36,437 nt of DNA, taken from positions 43,612,766 through 43,649,202 of the forward strand of contig NC_068989.1 in NCBI RefSeq assembly GCF_001194135.2. Reading direction: 5' to 3'. Source of the stretch: Octopus bimaculoides. Lineage: Eukaryota. The first letter of the stretch is position 1; each line of letters starts with the position of its first letter. Both the position numbers and the translations under genes were made by a program. This document shows positions 22,737 through 33,446 of this stretch, one piece after another. A model generated the notes under the pieces. It made no database searches, had not been told where the DNA came from, and worked only from the letters and a program-made list of their open reading frames with translations.

Positions 22737-24039
22737 CTGGAAATAGAAATAATACAAGATGAATGCTGGTGACTGATCTAAACTGACGAACAGAAGTAAT
22801 TAGTCTGCAATTGTTTTCAACCTTTCAAAATTATGGTTTAGAAAATTATAGCCAAAGAGTAGGAGCTTACAAAGAATCTCTTTCTCTGCCTACCTGTCTG
22901 TCTGTCAGTCATTATTCAGTTTATTTCAAGATTTCTTGCCAATAGAGAAAGAGCCAATTTCTAACCTAGATTCAAGGCTCCTTCATTGGTAATCCAATGT
23001 CAACAGAGTATTTTTGTATGTATGTATAGGTGCAGATTTGTAGGTTTTGTTTTATGTATGCATGTATGGATGGATGGATGCATGCATGAGAGCACTTTAT
23101 AATGTAACCGCCTGCTGGCAAATATCTTCTGTCTTCTAAAGGTAAACACCTAATCTTTCTCTGCTGTTATCACAGCTATACAGCATTCTAAATTTACTTC
23201 CTTGTCTGTAAAGTGTGTGTGTGTGTGTGTCTATATATATATATATATATAATTTAACGTCCTCTTTCCATGCTAGCATGTATGTATATATATCTATATA
23301 TATATTTTCTTTCTCAGTTTTTTTTTCATTCTCTCTCCATTTTTTTCTTAATTTTTACTGTCAAAAAGCATAGGTTTGAAATGTCAACGACTTTTCCATT
23401 CTTCCCAAGCGTCACACTAATATACCTGTTTGTTGTTCTCTCAGCTTGTTTTCATCTTTTGTTTTCTGTAAATTTGAACTATATAAATGATAGCTTTCTG
23501 GACCTGACTCTTGAGAATCTAGTTCACAAAGCTAGCATATTTTGGTCACATGCAGCACTGTCATAGCTTAAGACCATCCTGACAGAAAGAATGAAGGGGG
23601 AGAGAGCAAGAGGCCATCAACAATGTTTATGGACAAATAACATCAAAGAATGGAACAGAAACAAGAGCCTGGCTGATTGCATGCATGCAACACAACATCA
23701 AAGAAACTGGAAAGTCTTGGACACAGGGAGGGCACCTACCTGATGAAGATGGTACACAGGTACACACACATACACGTCTATTCATTCATTTGCTTTTATA
23801 TCCGTTTTCTATGTTACCACAGATTACAAGAATATATTACTGAGGGGCTTTTTTTTTTACAGCTGGATATTCTTTCTGTTGCTTACCCTTACTTGTTTTT
23901 CAAGTAAGGGGTCTCTTATCTTACAAGTAGTTGCTAGTGCAGAGCCAGCAGATAATTTGTTGACATGGGAAATGACAAAAACATTACCACTTGTAATTCA
24001 GGGAAATACAAATGTAAACACACACACACACAGACACAA

Positions 24040-24175
24040 ATGTATACAACAGGCTTTGTACAGTTTCCATCTACCAAATTAACTCAAGGCACTGGTCAAG
24101 CTGGCTGGGACTATTGTAGGGGACACATATCTAAGGAGCTGCACAGTGGGACAGAACCCCAAATCAAGGGACTGT
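24040..24175 (-). mobile_element. Degenerate type A SINE head/CORE
   Basis: CAGTTTCCATCTACCAAATT..GGACACAT..CACAGTGGGACAGAACCC is the reverse of the SINE head. Confidence 0.6.
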
Positions 24176-24195
24176 AAATTTCCTAATTATATATA

Positions 24196-24396
24196 TATTG
24201 GGTCATCCCATAAATAATGCGATTTTTTGATACTTCTTTTATTTTCCAAAATTAAGATGAAGTTCTTTTTTAATCTAAAATATACTCTCCATTTTCTACA
24301 ATGCTCTTCCATCTATCTTCCAAAATTCACTTGCCCATGACAAAAAATACTTCTCCAGTGCTGTTCTGACGTTGTCTCCCTTCTCTGATTACTTTT
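24196..24396 (-). mobile_element. Mariner transposon 3'-end fragment
   Basis: TA|TTGGGTCATCCCATAAATAATGCG is a mariner-like TIR. The minus strand encodes ..TALEKYF..EFW..DRWKSIVENGEYILD*, typical of mariner transposase C-termini. Confidence 0.72.
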
Positions 24397-25084
24397 TTGA
24401 AAAAACTTAATTGGGAGGAGCAATATAGTTTGTATTCATGTAGGGGTCCTTGAATGCAGGATTGTATACCAATGAAATACTTGTTATTTGTCATATGATA
24501 AATTGCACAAGCTCATTGAATTTCCTGTTATTAACAGCCGACAGCTTGTTCTAGCAAGAGTTATGGCCCTTAGACATAGAATTGTATACAAAGCATTACT
24601 ATGTTTTTTTTTAACCTTTCAGTTGCCTTTTAACTCCACATATCTGAATAAATTAAAGTATAGTTATCATATTAAATTTATCAAATTCAAATTCAGGCAT
24701 AAAACTGATTACAACAATTACACTGTTTACAGCGATCCACATTAATTATATAGTTTAGAGCTAACTACAATAATTATATAATTTACTACTGCAATCATTG
24801 TAGCTGCAACTAGATACAAAAATTATGCAGTTTACAGTATAATTGTCCTGAGTATGATTGCATTCAGTAGTAGGACAGTTAAGGAGTCCTGGGGTCTTGA
24901 GGAATGTGGAACCACCCCTTAGCCACTTTTGTTCCCAGGTCTACTTTGACCTGAAGTAGCAGCACTTGTCAAGGAATCAGTTGTAGGTTAATTAGCATTT
25001 CATGTAATCACTTCTGGAAGAACGTCACTTATAGACACCCCAATGGACCTAGAGCCAATGAAGCTCTTCAGTTCTTTAGCTGTT

Positions 25085-25165
25085 CATCATCATCATCTTT
25101 TAACGTCCGCCTTTCATGCTAGCATGGGTCGGACGGTTTAACAGGAGCTGGCCAGGTAGAGGACT
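25085..25165 (-). mobile_element. RTE-LINE extreme 3' tail
   Basis: CATCATCATCATC..TTAACGTCCGCC..CATGCTAGCATGGGT. Confidence 0.75.
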
Positions 25166-25989
25166 AAGAGAAATTAACTCTATACAAATGCTGCATCCTG
25201 CTAACTAGTGGGTTTGTACAACTTGTTGCACCAGACCAACATAAATTTGAAGGACTAGAGAGTGGAAGTGAGTTTGCATCTGGGAGATAGAAATGATATG
25301 GCTTAAAACTAGCACTAATAATTACATAGTTTGTAATTAACTACAATAACTAAATAGTTTATAATGCATTATCTCATTATATAGTTTACAACTAATTACA
25401 ATGATTATACAGTTTACAACACATTTTTTAATAATTAAAACAAGGATTTTTTAAATACTTCAGTCTTGTTTTGTTGAGGACCTGACAACTACTCTAGAAG
25501 CTGTGCCATGGTAAAAGGCACCCAGTACACTTTGTAAAGTGGTTAGTAATAGGAAGGACACATGGCTATAGAAACCAAGCCAAAAATGAAAGGTATGAGG
25601 ACTAGCCTATGATGACAGTGGCTTCCAATAAGAACTCAGACTATGATGATTCATCCAACCTATGTCAACATTGGAAACTGACATATAGATAAAGATGATT
25701 CATTAATAGGAAAGTGACTTAAGGAAGAGATAAATTGTTGTTGTGTTCAACCTGTTACTCTAACAGTTTTTATGGCCTCAATTTCTTTCCTTCACAAATG
25801 CTCTTCCGAAAGGCATGAATAACACAACTCCAAGGGCTGATTACTAATCGATTATGATTGATTAATGGATAACTCTGATTATGAATAGATGAATAATCAA
25901 ACAGACAGAAGAGACATATGGTGTTTGACTGCTATCTCAGCTGTGTGTAAAACAAATAATTCAATAATTACAGAATTGTATGTGTGTGT

Positions 25990-27012
25990 GTAATCGAGGA
26001 TAAAATCTTTATAAGATTTTATTAGGTTACCAGATTGTAATAAAACCATATAGGTAACAATTAACACAACAAGTAGTGTCATATGATAGAAATGGATGTC
26101 AAATGGCTCTAACAACTACATTATTTAGTCCATTAGCATGAGTTGAAAGCGAGGGAAGTGAACAAAGCAGATTTTTTAAAAAAGGTTTTTAACTACAGAT
26201 CAATTTCTAGTTTAGAGATGTAAATCTCTTTACTGTCATCAGTATAGTATAACACACTGAACCTAATTATAAATATTTATACATACCCATACAAATAACA
26301 CATATCTTCAAACATATATACAAATGTTCACATTTATATACAAGCTAAATCTAATTCATTCACCCCCAACTACATGTGTATACGATCAAAAATAATACCG
26401 GAGTGAATATAATGGTCGGAGTAATTTATATTTATATACAATCAAGGGTAAAAGCTTTGTAAGATTTTATCAAGTAGCCAGCATGTGATAAAACCATACA
26501 GGTAACAATTAACACAAAATATATGATTATATAAATATAATTTTAAGGGCACGAATGAGTAGCTACTTGATAAAATCTTACAAAGATTTTATCCTTGATT
26601 ATATACAAATATAAATTATTCTGACCAATATATTCACTCCGGGATTATTTTTGATCATATATGCATGTAGTTGAAGTGAATGAATTAGATTTAGCTTGTA
26701 TATAAATGTGAATACTTGTATATACACTTGTTGATATGTGTTATTCGTACGGGTATGTATAAATGTTTATAATTATGCACAATGTGTTATACTATACTGA
26801 TGACAGTAAAGAGATTTACATCTCTAAACTAGAAATCGATCTATAGTTAAAAACCTTTTTTAAAAAATCTGCTTTGTTCACTTCCCTCGCTTTCAACCCA
26901 TGCTAACGGGGTAAATAATGTAGTTGTTAGAGACATTTGGCATCTATTTCTAGCATGTGGCACTACTCATTAGTGCCCTTATTATAATTATATTTATATC
27001 ATTATATATTTT
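25990..27012. repeat. Complex fold-back: ~400-bp inverted repeat (26071-26478 vs 26561-26967) with flanking direct and inverted pieces
   Basis: For example 26139-26218 vs the reverse complement of 26821-26900 differ at 3 of 80 positions. 25990-26070 is directly repeated at ~26440-26517, and 26515-26563 is inverted at ~26955-27012. Confidence 0.92.
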
Positions 27013-27567
27013 GAGTGAATATATATATATATATATATACAGAGAGAGAGAGAGAGAAAGTACAATAGAATGCAGCTGTGTTATTTTTAATTTACCAAGG
27101 GGAGTAAATAGAATAAAGGGGAGTTCATTGTTCCAGGAAAGAATAAAAATCAATCTCTAAATTCCACTGATTGAGAAATAGTCTGCAAAGCCACAACAGT
27201 ACCACAGAAAAAAAACACACACACACACACGTGCAGGCATATGCATACACGCAAGCACAAAATGAGAAATGGATGAACCTATAATTCACTGTTTATGCAA
27301 TGAATTAGAAATGCATCAAGCACTACAGTGAGAGGTTTTTGATTCACATGATTTTTGGCTGTGGTGTAATATGTTTATGGCCATTGATACAGAAACAGCA
27401 CCAGAAGGCCAAAAGTACATTATTTATGCGCTTATTTTGAATGTGCACACACACACATACATACACAATGTGTGGCTAACACTGAAGAGACAAGGTTAAT
27501 GCTGGGAAAAGTTGCATAATAATACTTGTTATGAAATAACAATTAGATAAATCACACAGAAACTCAC

Positions 27568-27684
27568 CTGAGGTATTGCACTTCCAAGTCCAGCCATTCC
27601 GACAATATCCAGTCGTAGAACCAACAGTCTTCGTAACAATGAAGTACAACCATCAGTGTGGATAATCTTGTTCGTCTCCACAGT
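27568..27684 (-). CDS. TSPAN15: TspanC8 exon: TVETNKIIHTDGCTSLLRRLLVLRLDIVGMAGLGSAIPQ (8th LEL cysteine, start of TM4)
   Basis: Acceptor TTTTGTCTGCTAG, donor GTGAGT, 117 nt in phase 0-0; I-x-T-x-GC motif and PQ in TM4. Confidence 0.93.
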
Positions 27685-27764
27685 CTAGCAGACAAAATGG
27701 GAAGAAAAACATGAGAAGCAACTTTGAAATATTCAATGAAGGAAGAAACCACCAATTCTTTTAT

Positions 27765-27958
27765 TCTTTTACTTGTTTCAGTCAGTCATTTGACTGTGGC
27801 CGTGCTGGAGCACCACCTTTTGAACAAATTGACCCCAGGGCTTACTTTTTTAAAGCTTAGTATTTACTTTATCAGTCTCTTTTGCTGAACTGCTAATTTA
27901 CAGGAATGTAAACACACCAACACTGGTTATCAAGCAGTGATGGGTGGACAAACACATG
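27765..27958 (-). mobile_element. Type A SINE tail
   Basis: Reverse complement of the tail at 11370-11576 (GCTGGAGCACCACC..GACCCCAGG..GTAAACACACCAAC). Confidence 0.8.
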
Positions 27959-28448
27959 GAGATATATATATATATATATATACTTGATAAGTGTAAGCAC
28001 TTGTATATGCCAGATAGTGGCCAAACATAATATAACTGTAATATATAACCAACTATGCTCAATAATATCTTTCTTTTCTATTTAAAAAATATCTAAAAAG
28101 TTTTTTGCTGAGAAGAATGCATACAAAAGAACATAAGAACAAAGTGCGAAAATTCTTTGTGTAAATTAGTGCCAAAATGGGAAAGACAAAGTGTCGACTT
28201 TCTTATTTACTATATTTTGAGAAGGAGAAAATTTGTTCTTACTAATAGCATCTGAATAAGCTATATTATGGGATATTATGGAATAAGCTATATCATGGGA
28301 TTTTATTAAATAAAAGAATTTTAAAACATGTAAGTGATAGAAAAATGTCTTTAGTTGAAAGCAAAAGAAAAAGGGAAAAAAATATCTGTGAGTCATTAAA
28401 AAAATAAAACAACTTTTGACAAAGGTAAAGTTTATAAAAATTACATAC

Positions 28449-28496
28449 CAGGTTACGTCGGACATTATAACCACAAGAGTAACGAGGAAAGTCTCC
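28449..28496 (-). CDS. TSPAN15: TspanC8 48-nt exon: GDFPRYSCGYNVRRNL (7th LEL cysteine)
   Basis: Acceptor TTCTTTTCCAG, donor GTATGT, phase 0-0; the CGY motif is diagnostic of TspanC8 members. Confidence 0.92.
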
Positions 28497-28720
28497 CTGG
28501 AAAAGAACAATAAGAGATGCAAATATATTTAGAGATATATACATGCATTTAGAAATCATAATGTCATATTGCATCACATTTATGAAATAATGGATAGGAT
28601 TATCATCATCATCATCAACATTATTATAGTTTTAAATGTTTTTCTAGGCTGACAAAAGTTGGACAGATTTGCAAGGCAGCATTCCTTTGTGTGTCTTAGT
28701 ATTTGTCCTGCATTATTTAA

Positions 28721-28942
28721 CCTTTTTGATACCAACGCAAATGAGACCATCCCTGATATTATCATACAAATTTCTTATTTTAAAGTAATCTAAATTAAAA
28801 TCTTCCATCAGAATTTCATGTTAAATTATCTTCCAAACACCAGTTTAATAACAACGAAGTTATATCATTAAATTCTTCATTCTTTTCAAAATTAATTGAA
28901 AAAATGGTTGTGTATTTCAATTGAAATATGGTAACAAAAAGG
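28721..28942. mobile_element. piggyBac-like MITE (~222 bp)
   Basis: TTAA (28717-28720) then CCTTTTTGATACCA; the right end TGGTAACAAAAAGG matches as an inverted repeat at 13 of 14 and is followed by a mutated TATAA target. Confidence 0.7.
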
Positions 28943-29239
28943 TATAAGATAATGCATGTCACATACTGCTTCTTCCCATGGTTTTTCCCAGGTCAGCTCT
29001 TTATCCAGTAAGTATTGTCCATCCATATTATATCAACAAGTTAGTATGCAGTCTATAAACAGTTTAGCTTTCATTCTACATTTGCCAATGTCTTTGATGC
29101 CAACCTACTTTCACAATTCATTTGCATATAGATGGAGGTTTTTAGCTGTGAGCCTCAATGTGGTACATTTCATATAATCATATTAATTGTTTAACTAACT
29201 TCAACCACAATAATTATGAGATCCACAAGCAACTTAATC

Positions 29240-29525
29240 TTTCACCTGAGTCTTATGAAGGAGATGATAGAGGATTGAGATATGTGGCACAGTGCCATAC
29301 TCAAGAAGATCCACCCACAACAAAAGTGATATCCTAAAACCAAGATTTCACATAAAAAAGCACCCAGGATACTCTGTAAAGTTGCTGGCATTAGAAAGGG
29401 CATCCAGCTGTAGAAACCAAACCGAAACAGACTATGGAACCTGGTGTGGTCCCTGGCCTTACCAGTCAAGCCATCCAGTCCATGTCAGCATGGAACATGG
29501 GTGTTAAATGTTGATGATGATGATA
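29240..29525 (+). mobile_element. Older RTE-LINE 3' end
   Basis: Degenerate ORF end (GAGATATGTGGCAC..CTCAAGAAGA), common tail and (GAT)n. Confidence 0.75.
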
Positions 29526-29744
29526 GGGATGAAGACTTGGCTGCTGAGGATGCCTTTAGTGCTTAGGGACCAAGTACCACATTTGAACATAACTACTCTC
29601 CAACAATATCAGAGGCTCTGAAAGAGGCCAGAAACGTTGCTCCCCCACGCTAAGTCAAAAAAATTATCTGAGTAATTTATCAGAATATTTAGTTTATAGA
29701 TAAGGTTTTGTAAGCTATACCTTTTGTATATATTAGATACAAAA

Positions 29745-29899
29745 GGTAGGCATGGCTCTATGGTTAAGAAGTTTGCATCTCAACCATATGGTTTCGGGTT
29801 CAGTCTCACTGTACAGCATCTTACCCGGGGCAAGTGTCTTCTTCCTTGAGACAACCACTGCCTTGTGAATGAATCTGGTAGATGGAAAATGTACAGTGC

Positions 29900-29934
<35 letters not shown>

Positions 29935-30165
29935 TGTGTAGGTGCACGCAGGCGCACACGTGTGCATGTGTGTGCATGCATGTGGCTATGAGGGTGTGTG
30001 TGTGCACATTTACGTTTTGTGCTTCCTTTGAAAAAGCACTGAGCAATAAGTAGTGATGTTTTTTGCCATGCCCTGTCAACAAAATAATAACAAGTGGAAT
30101 GAAAAACCTCTAACTTGAAAAGCAGGTAGTGACATGAAAGGTACCCAGCTGCAAATCATGTCTCA
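29745..30165 (+). mobile_element. CORE-like SINE with internal (TG)n and type B tail
   Basis: A-box TGGCTCTATGG, B-box GGGTTCAGTCTC, GGGCAAGTGTCTT; tail AACTTGAAAAGCAGG..GAAAGGTACCCAGCTG. Confidence 0.72.
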
Positions 30166-30289
30166 ATAAAATGTATTTGTTTAGCCCAGGGGATTCTCAA
30201 CCAGGATCCATATAAAGTTTTGTTGCTTAAATGTTTCAGCAGTAAATTGGTTATACTCCTACAGTACACAAAATATTTTAACAATTAAG

Positions 30290-30882
30290 GCCTCTGCCAG
30301 GGATGTAGCCAACCCACTTATGCGTAACATTCCTTCTTTGGACACTAAACTCCGCTTGCGAAGACCTGATGAGGCAAGTGAAATCGAAACCAAAATCGAA
30401 CTAAATTTGTAGACTGGCACCCATGCCAACGTCTTCATTGAACACTAAACTCAGTTTGCGAAGACCTGTTGGGGCAAGCGAAAGCGAAATTGTGATAGCA
30501 CCAGTACCAGTAAATCACTAAGAGCACCGTCCGAGCGTGATTGTTGCCAGCCTCACCTTCCTGGCACGTGAAAAGACATTCGAGCAAGTTCGTTGCCAGT
30601 ACCACTGGACTGACTCCTGTGCAGGTGGCAAGTAAAATACACCATTTCGAGCGTGGCCATCGCCAGTACCTCCTGACTGGCCTTTGTGCCGGTGGCAAGT
30701 AAAAGCACCCACTACACTCTCGGAGTGGTTGGCATTAGGAAGGGCATCCAGCTGTAGAAACTTTGCCAAATCAGATTGGAGCCTGGTGCAGCCTGCTAGC
30801 TCGCCAGTCCTCAGTCAAATTGTCCAACCCATGCTAGCATGGAAAGCAGACGTTAAACGACGATGATGATGATGATGATGAT
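30290..30882 (+). mobile_element. RTE-LINE long 3' UTR and tail
   Basis: Colinear with the reverse complement of 4275-4835, including the ~65-bp subrepeats and (GAT)n. Confidence 0.88.
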
Positions 30883-30885
30883 ACC

Positions 30886-31058
30886 NNNNNNNNNNNNNNN
30901 NNNNNNNNNNNNNNNNNNNNNNNNNNNNNNNNNNNNNNNNNNNNNNNNNNNNNNNNNNNNNNNNNNNNNNNNNNNNNNNNNNNNNNNNNNNNNNNNNNNN
31001 NNNNNNNNNNNNNNNNNNNNNNNNNNNNNNNNNNNNNNNNNNNNNNNNNNNNNNNNNN
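30886..31058. other. Assembly gap (173 N)
   Basis: N run. Confidence 1.
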
Positions 31059-31129
31059 AAAAGCCAAAACTATAGATGAAGACATGAGTCTTAATGTATT
31101 ATATTATTGACCTGGAATAATCTAGTTAT

Positions 31130-31430
31130 GAAGAGGTCGTTGCCAGTGCCGCTGGACTGGCTTTCGTGCAGGTGACACGTAAAAAGCACCTTTTTGAGCA
31201 TGGTCGTTGCCAGTACCGTGTGACTGGCCCTCGAGCCGGTGATACGTAAGAGCACCCACTACACTCTTGGAGTGGTTGGCGTTAGGAAGGGTATCCAGCT
31301 GTAGAAACTCTGCCAGATCAGATTGGAGCCTGGTGCAGCCTGCTAGCTCGCCAGTCCTCAGTCAAATTGTCCAACCCATGCTAGCATGGAAAGCAGACGT
31401 TAAACGACGATGATGATGATGATGATGATA
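31130..31430 (+). mobile_element. RTE-LINE 3' tail (last ~110 bp identical to the copy before the gap)
   Basis: Two subrepeats, the tail and (GAT)n ending in ATACC, as at 30775-30885. Confidence 0.85.
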
Positions 31431-31602
31431 CCAACAATAAAATTAACTACTAAGTAATTAATAATATACCACCAAACAAATCAATCTGCTTGTCCTATGT
31501 CAGCCAGTAAAGTAATTTATGTTAAATACGGAATACATTAAAATGGTTTCTTTAAAGAAAATCCAACATTATTTGGAATGAAAAAATTTTAGTTTTACTG
31601 AC

Positions 31603-31719
31603 CGGAGAACTGATACAGCATGATGGTGGTACACCACAAGATTCTTCTCCACTAGCATCGCATTTGAAATAAGCATTGACTTCATAATCATGGAAAGAAT
31701 CAAAGCCACAACATTCCCA
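31603..31719 (-). CDS. TSPAN15: TspanC8 exon: WECCGFDSFHDYEVNAYFKCDASGEESCGVPPSCCISSP (CCG motif, six LEL cysteines)
   Basis: Acceptor ATCTTTTTCAG, donor GTCAGT, 117 nt in phase 0-0; tetraspanin CCG and PxSCC motifs. Confidence 0.96.
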
Positions 31720-31892
31720 CTGAAAAAGATTACAAAAATATTTTATTTGTATATTTAAAAAAAATTTTTGCCAGATTTCTTTGAAAGTAATTATTAATAG
31801 ACCAATAGACACTACCACATCAAAATATGCCATAAATTTGAAGGAATAAAAACTTGATTCACTCATTTTTTGTAAATATATTTTAAACTTAC

Positions 31893-31991
31893 CGAACTCT
31901 GAAGCCTATCCAAAGTTGACCGCATCCGTTCATTAGAATGGTACTCTGCAAGGGATGGTCTTAATTCTTCAGAGTTCAGTGTCAACTCAGT
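31893..31991 (-). CDS. TSPAN15: TspanC8 exon: TELTLNSEELRPSLAEYHSNERMRSTLDRLQSS (LEL helices A/B)
   Basis: Acceptor TTTACTTTTAG, donor GTAAGT, 99 nt in phase 0-0. The Y..LD.LQ pattern directly precedes the WECCG exon. Upstream TM1-TM3 exons were not found in the window. Confidence 0.88.
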
Positions 31992-32109
31992 CTAAAAGTA
32001 AATTTTAATGGTATTAAAAATCATTTCAAAAGCCAGAATACTCTATACAAATATCCTTTTTTACTTATTGTAAAATTCATGTATAATACGAAATTTTTTT
32101 TTTTTTTTT

Positions 32110-32119
32110 NNNNNNNNNN
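32110..32119. other. Assembly gap (10 N) within poly-T
   Basis: N run. Confidence 1.
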
Positions 32120-32304
32120 TTTTTTTTTAACAAAAACAAGATTAAAATTAGGATACATAGAATGTATGGTATTTGGTAGCAATTTTTTTTCTCTCTTCTT
32201 TTATTTCAGAAAAATGCAATAATGTATGAAAGATTTTATTTTTTTAGACTATAATTTATTTTACCATTATTTAAATCCATGCATTTTATATAAAATGAAA
32301 TATT

Positions 32305-32512
32305 GATTTCAAATTTTGGCACAAAACCAGCAATTTAGTGGGAGAGGGTAAGTTGATTAAATCAACGTCAGTGCCCAACTGGTACTACTTTTATCAATCC
32401 TGAAAGGACGAATGGCAAAGTCAAACCCAGCAGCATTTGAACCAAGAATGTAAAGAAGAATGAAATGCCACTAAGCATTTTGTCCAGTTTGCTAATGATA
32501 CTGACAGCTCAG
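32305..32512 (-). mobile_element. Type C SINE
   Basis: Degenerate full-length copy. Confidence 0.8.
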
Positions 32513-32519
32513 CACCTTA

Positions 32520-32945
32520 TAAAATGATATACTCGTCTCCTTCTTCTGGCAGGTCTCGCACAGCCCTAACCTGCAGTTGTAGGTGCATATGGCAAGGTTA
32601 GTCCTGTTCCATGATGGCCCACAGGAACCTGTGATTCTTAGCAGCATCTCGTTGCACTCCACCGTCATGGAGTGGCTCAATTGACGTGCAGGGTACTGAG
32701 GCCCTTCCTTTTCTCTTCGTTCTTCATGCTTTAATAGGACACCATCCCACTGGCTGGGTGGGCAAGCCGACATTTTGTTGGATGGCCATTGACTGTTCAG
32801 GAGTTCATCTGCCCTTTGATGGGTCTTAGTTTTTGTCCCACAGCGTCTCCAACAACACTCTCCTCACCAAGCGAGCCTGGTGGGGTTGTCAGTTTAGTCG
32901 CTGATGACCCGACCATGCAACAGGTTGTACTGGATTACACATTAC
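32520..32945 (-). mobile_element. 5' region of a LINE (probable RTE clade): leader and start of the AP-endonuclease
   Basis: ORF 32492-32773 contains NLAICTYNCR and LGLCET, resembling APE motifs I (T-W/Y-N-x-R) and II (LxET) with the spacer deleted. The leader is GC-richer. Confidence 0.55.
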
Positions 32946-33164
32946 CAGTAGCACTCTAGAGCAACCTGACATATGGTCGTGGCACAAATAAAATGATGTA
33001 TTAAAAACTAATGTCAGAGATGCAAGTATGGCTGTGTGGCCAATAATCTTGCTCCAAAACCACATGGTTCAGAGCCTGGGTCAACTAATACCTTGCAAGT
33101 GAATTTAGTAGATATAAACTGCAGAAAGCCAATCAAATGTATGCATAACCTTACGAAGGAAATG

Positions 33165-33427
33165 ACGGAGAACCAAGATATGTGGCACATTGTTTTACTT
33201 GAGAAGATCTGCCCATCACAACAGAATTGAGATCCTAAAACTGAGGTGCCACTTAAACAGCACCCTGTACACTCTGTAAAGTGGTTGGCATTAGGAAGGA
33301 CATCCAGCCATAGAAACCAAGCCAAAACAGACAATGGAACCTGGTGCGGTCCCTAGCCTCGCCAGTTCCTGTCAAGCCATCCCACCCATGCCAGCATGGA
33401 AAACACATGTTAAAATGTTGATGTTGA
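33165..33427 (+). mobile_element. RTE-LINE 3' end
   Basis: ORF-end motif (ENQDMWHIVLLEK) and common tail. Confidence 0.78.
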
Positions 33428-33446
33428 TATATATATATCATCATCA

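Noticed and set aside
27564-27755. ORF-track peptide at this locus
   Set aside because: It is the wrong frame; the real tetraspanin exon 27568-27684 is read in another frame.
30187-30215. CAGGGGATTCTCAACC hAT-like terminus
   Set aside because: No matching opposite end or TSD was found, and it is too short to call.
30366-30390. CTGATGA..GAAAC hammerhead-like core in RTE 3' UTR
   Set aside because: Other copies read CTGTTG at this site, and stem II does not pair.
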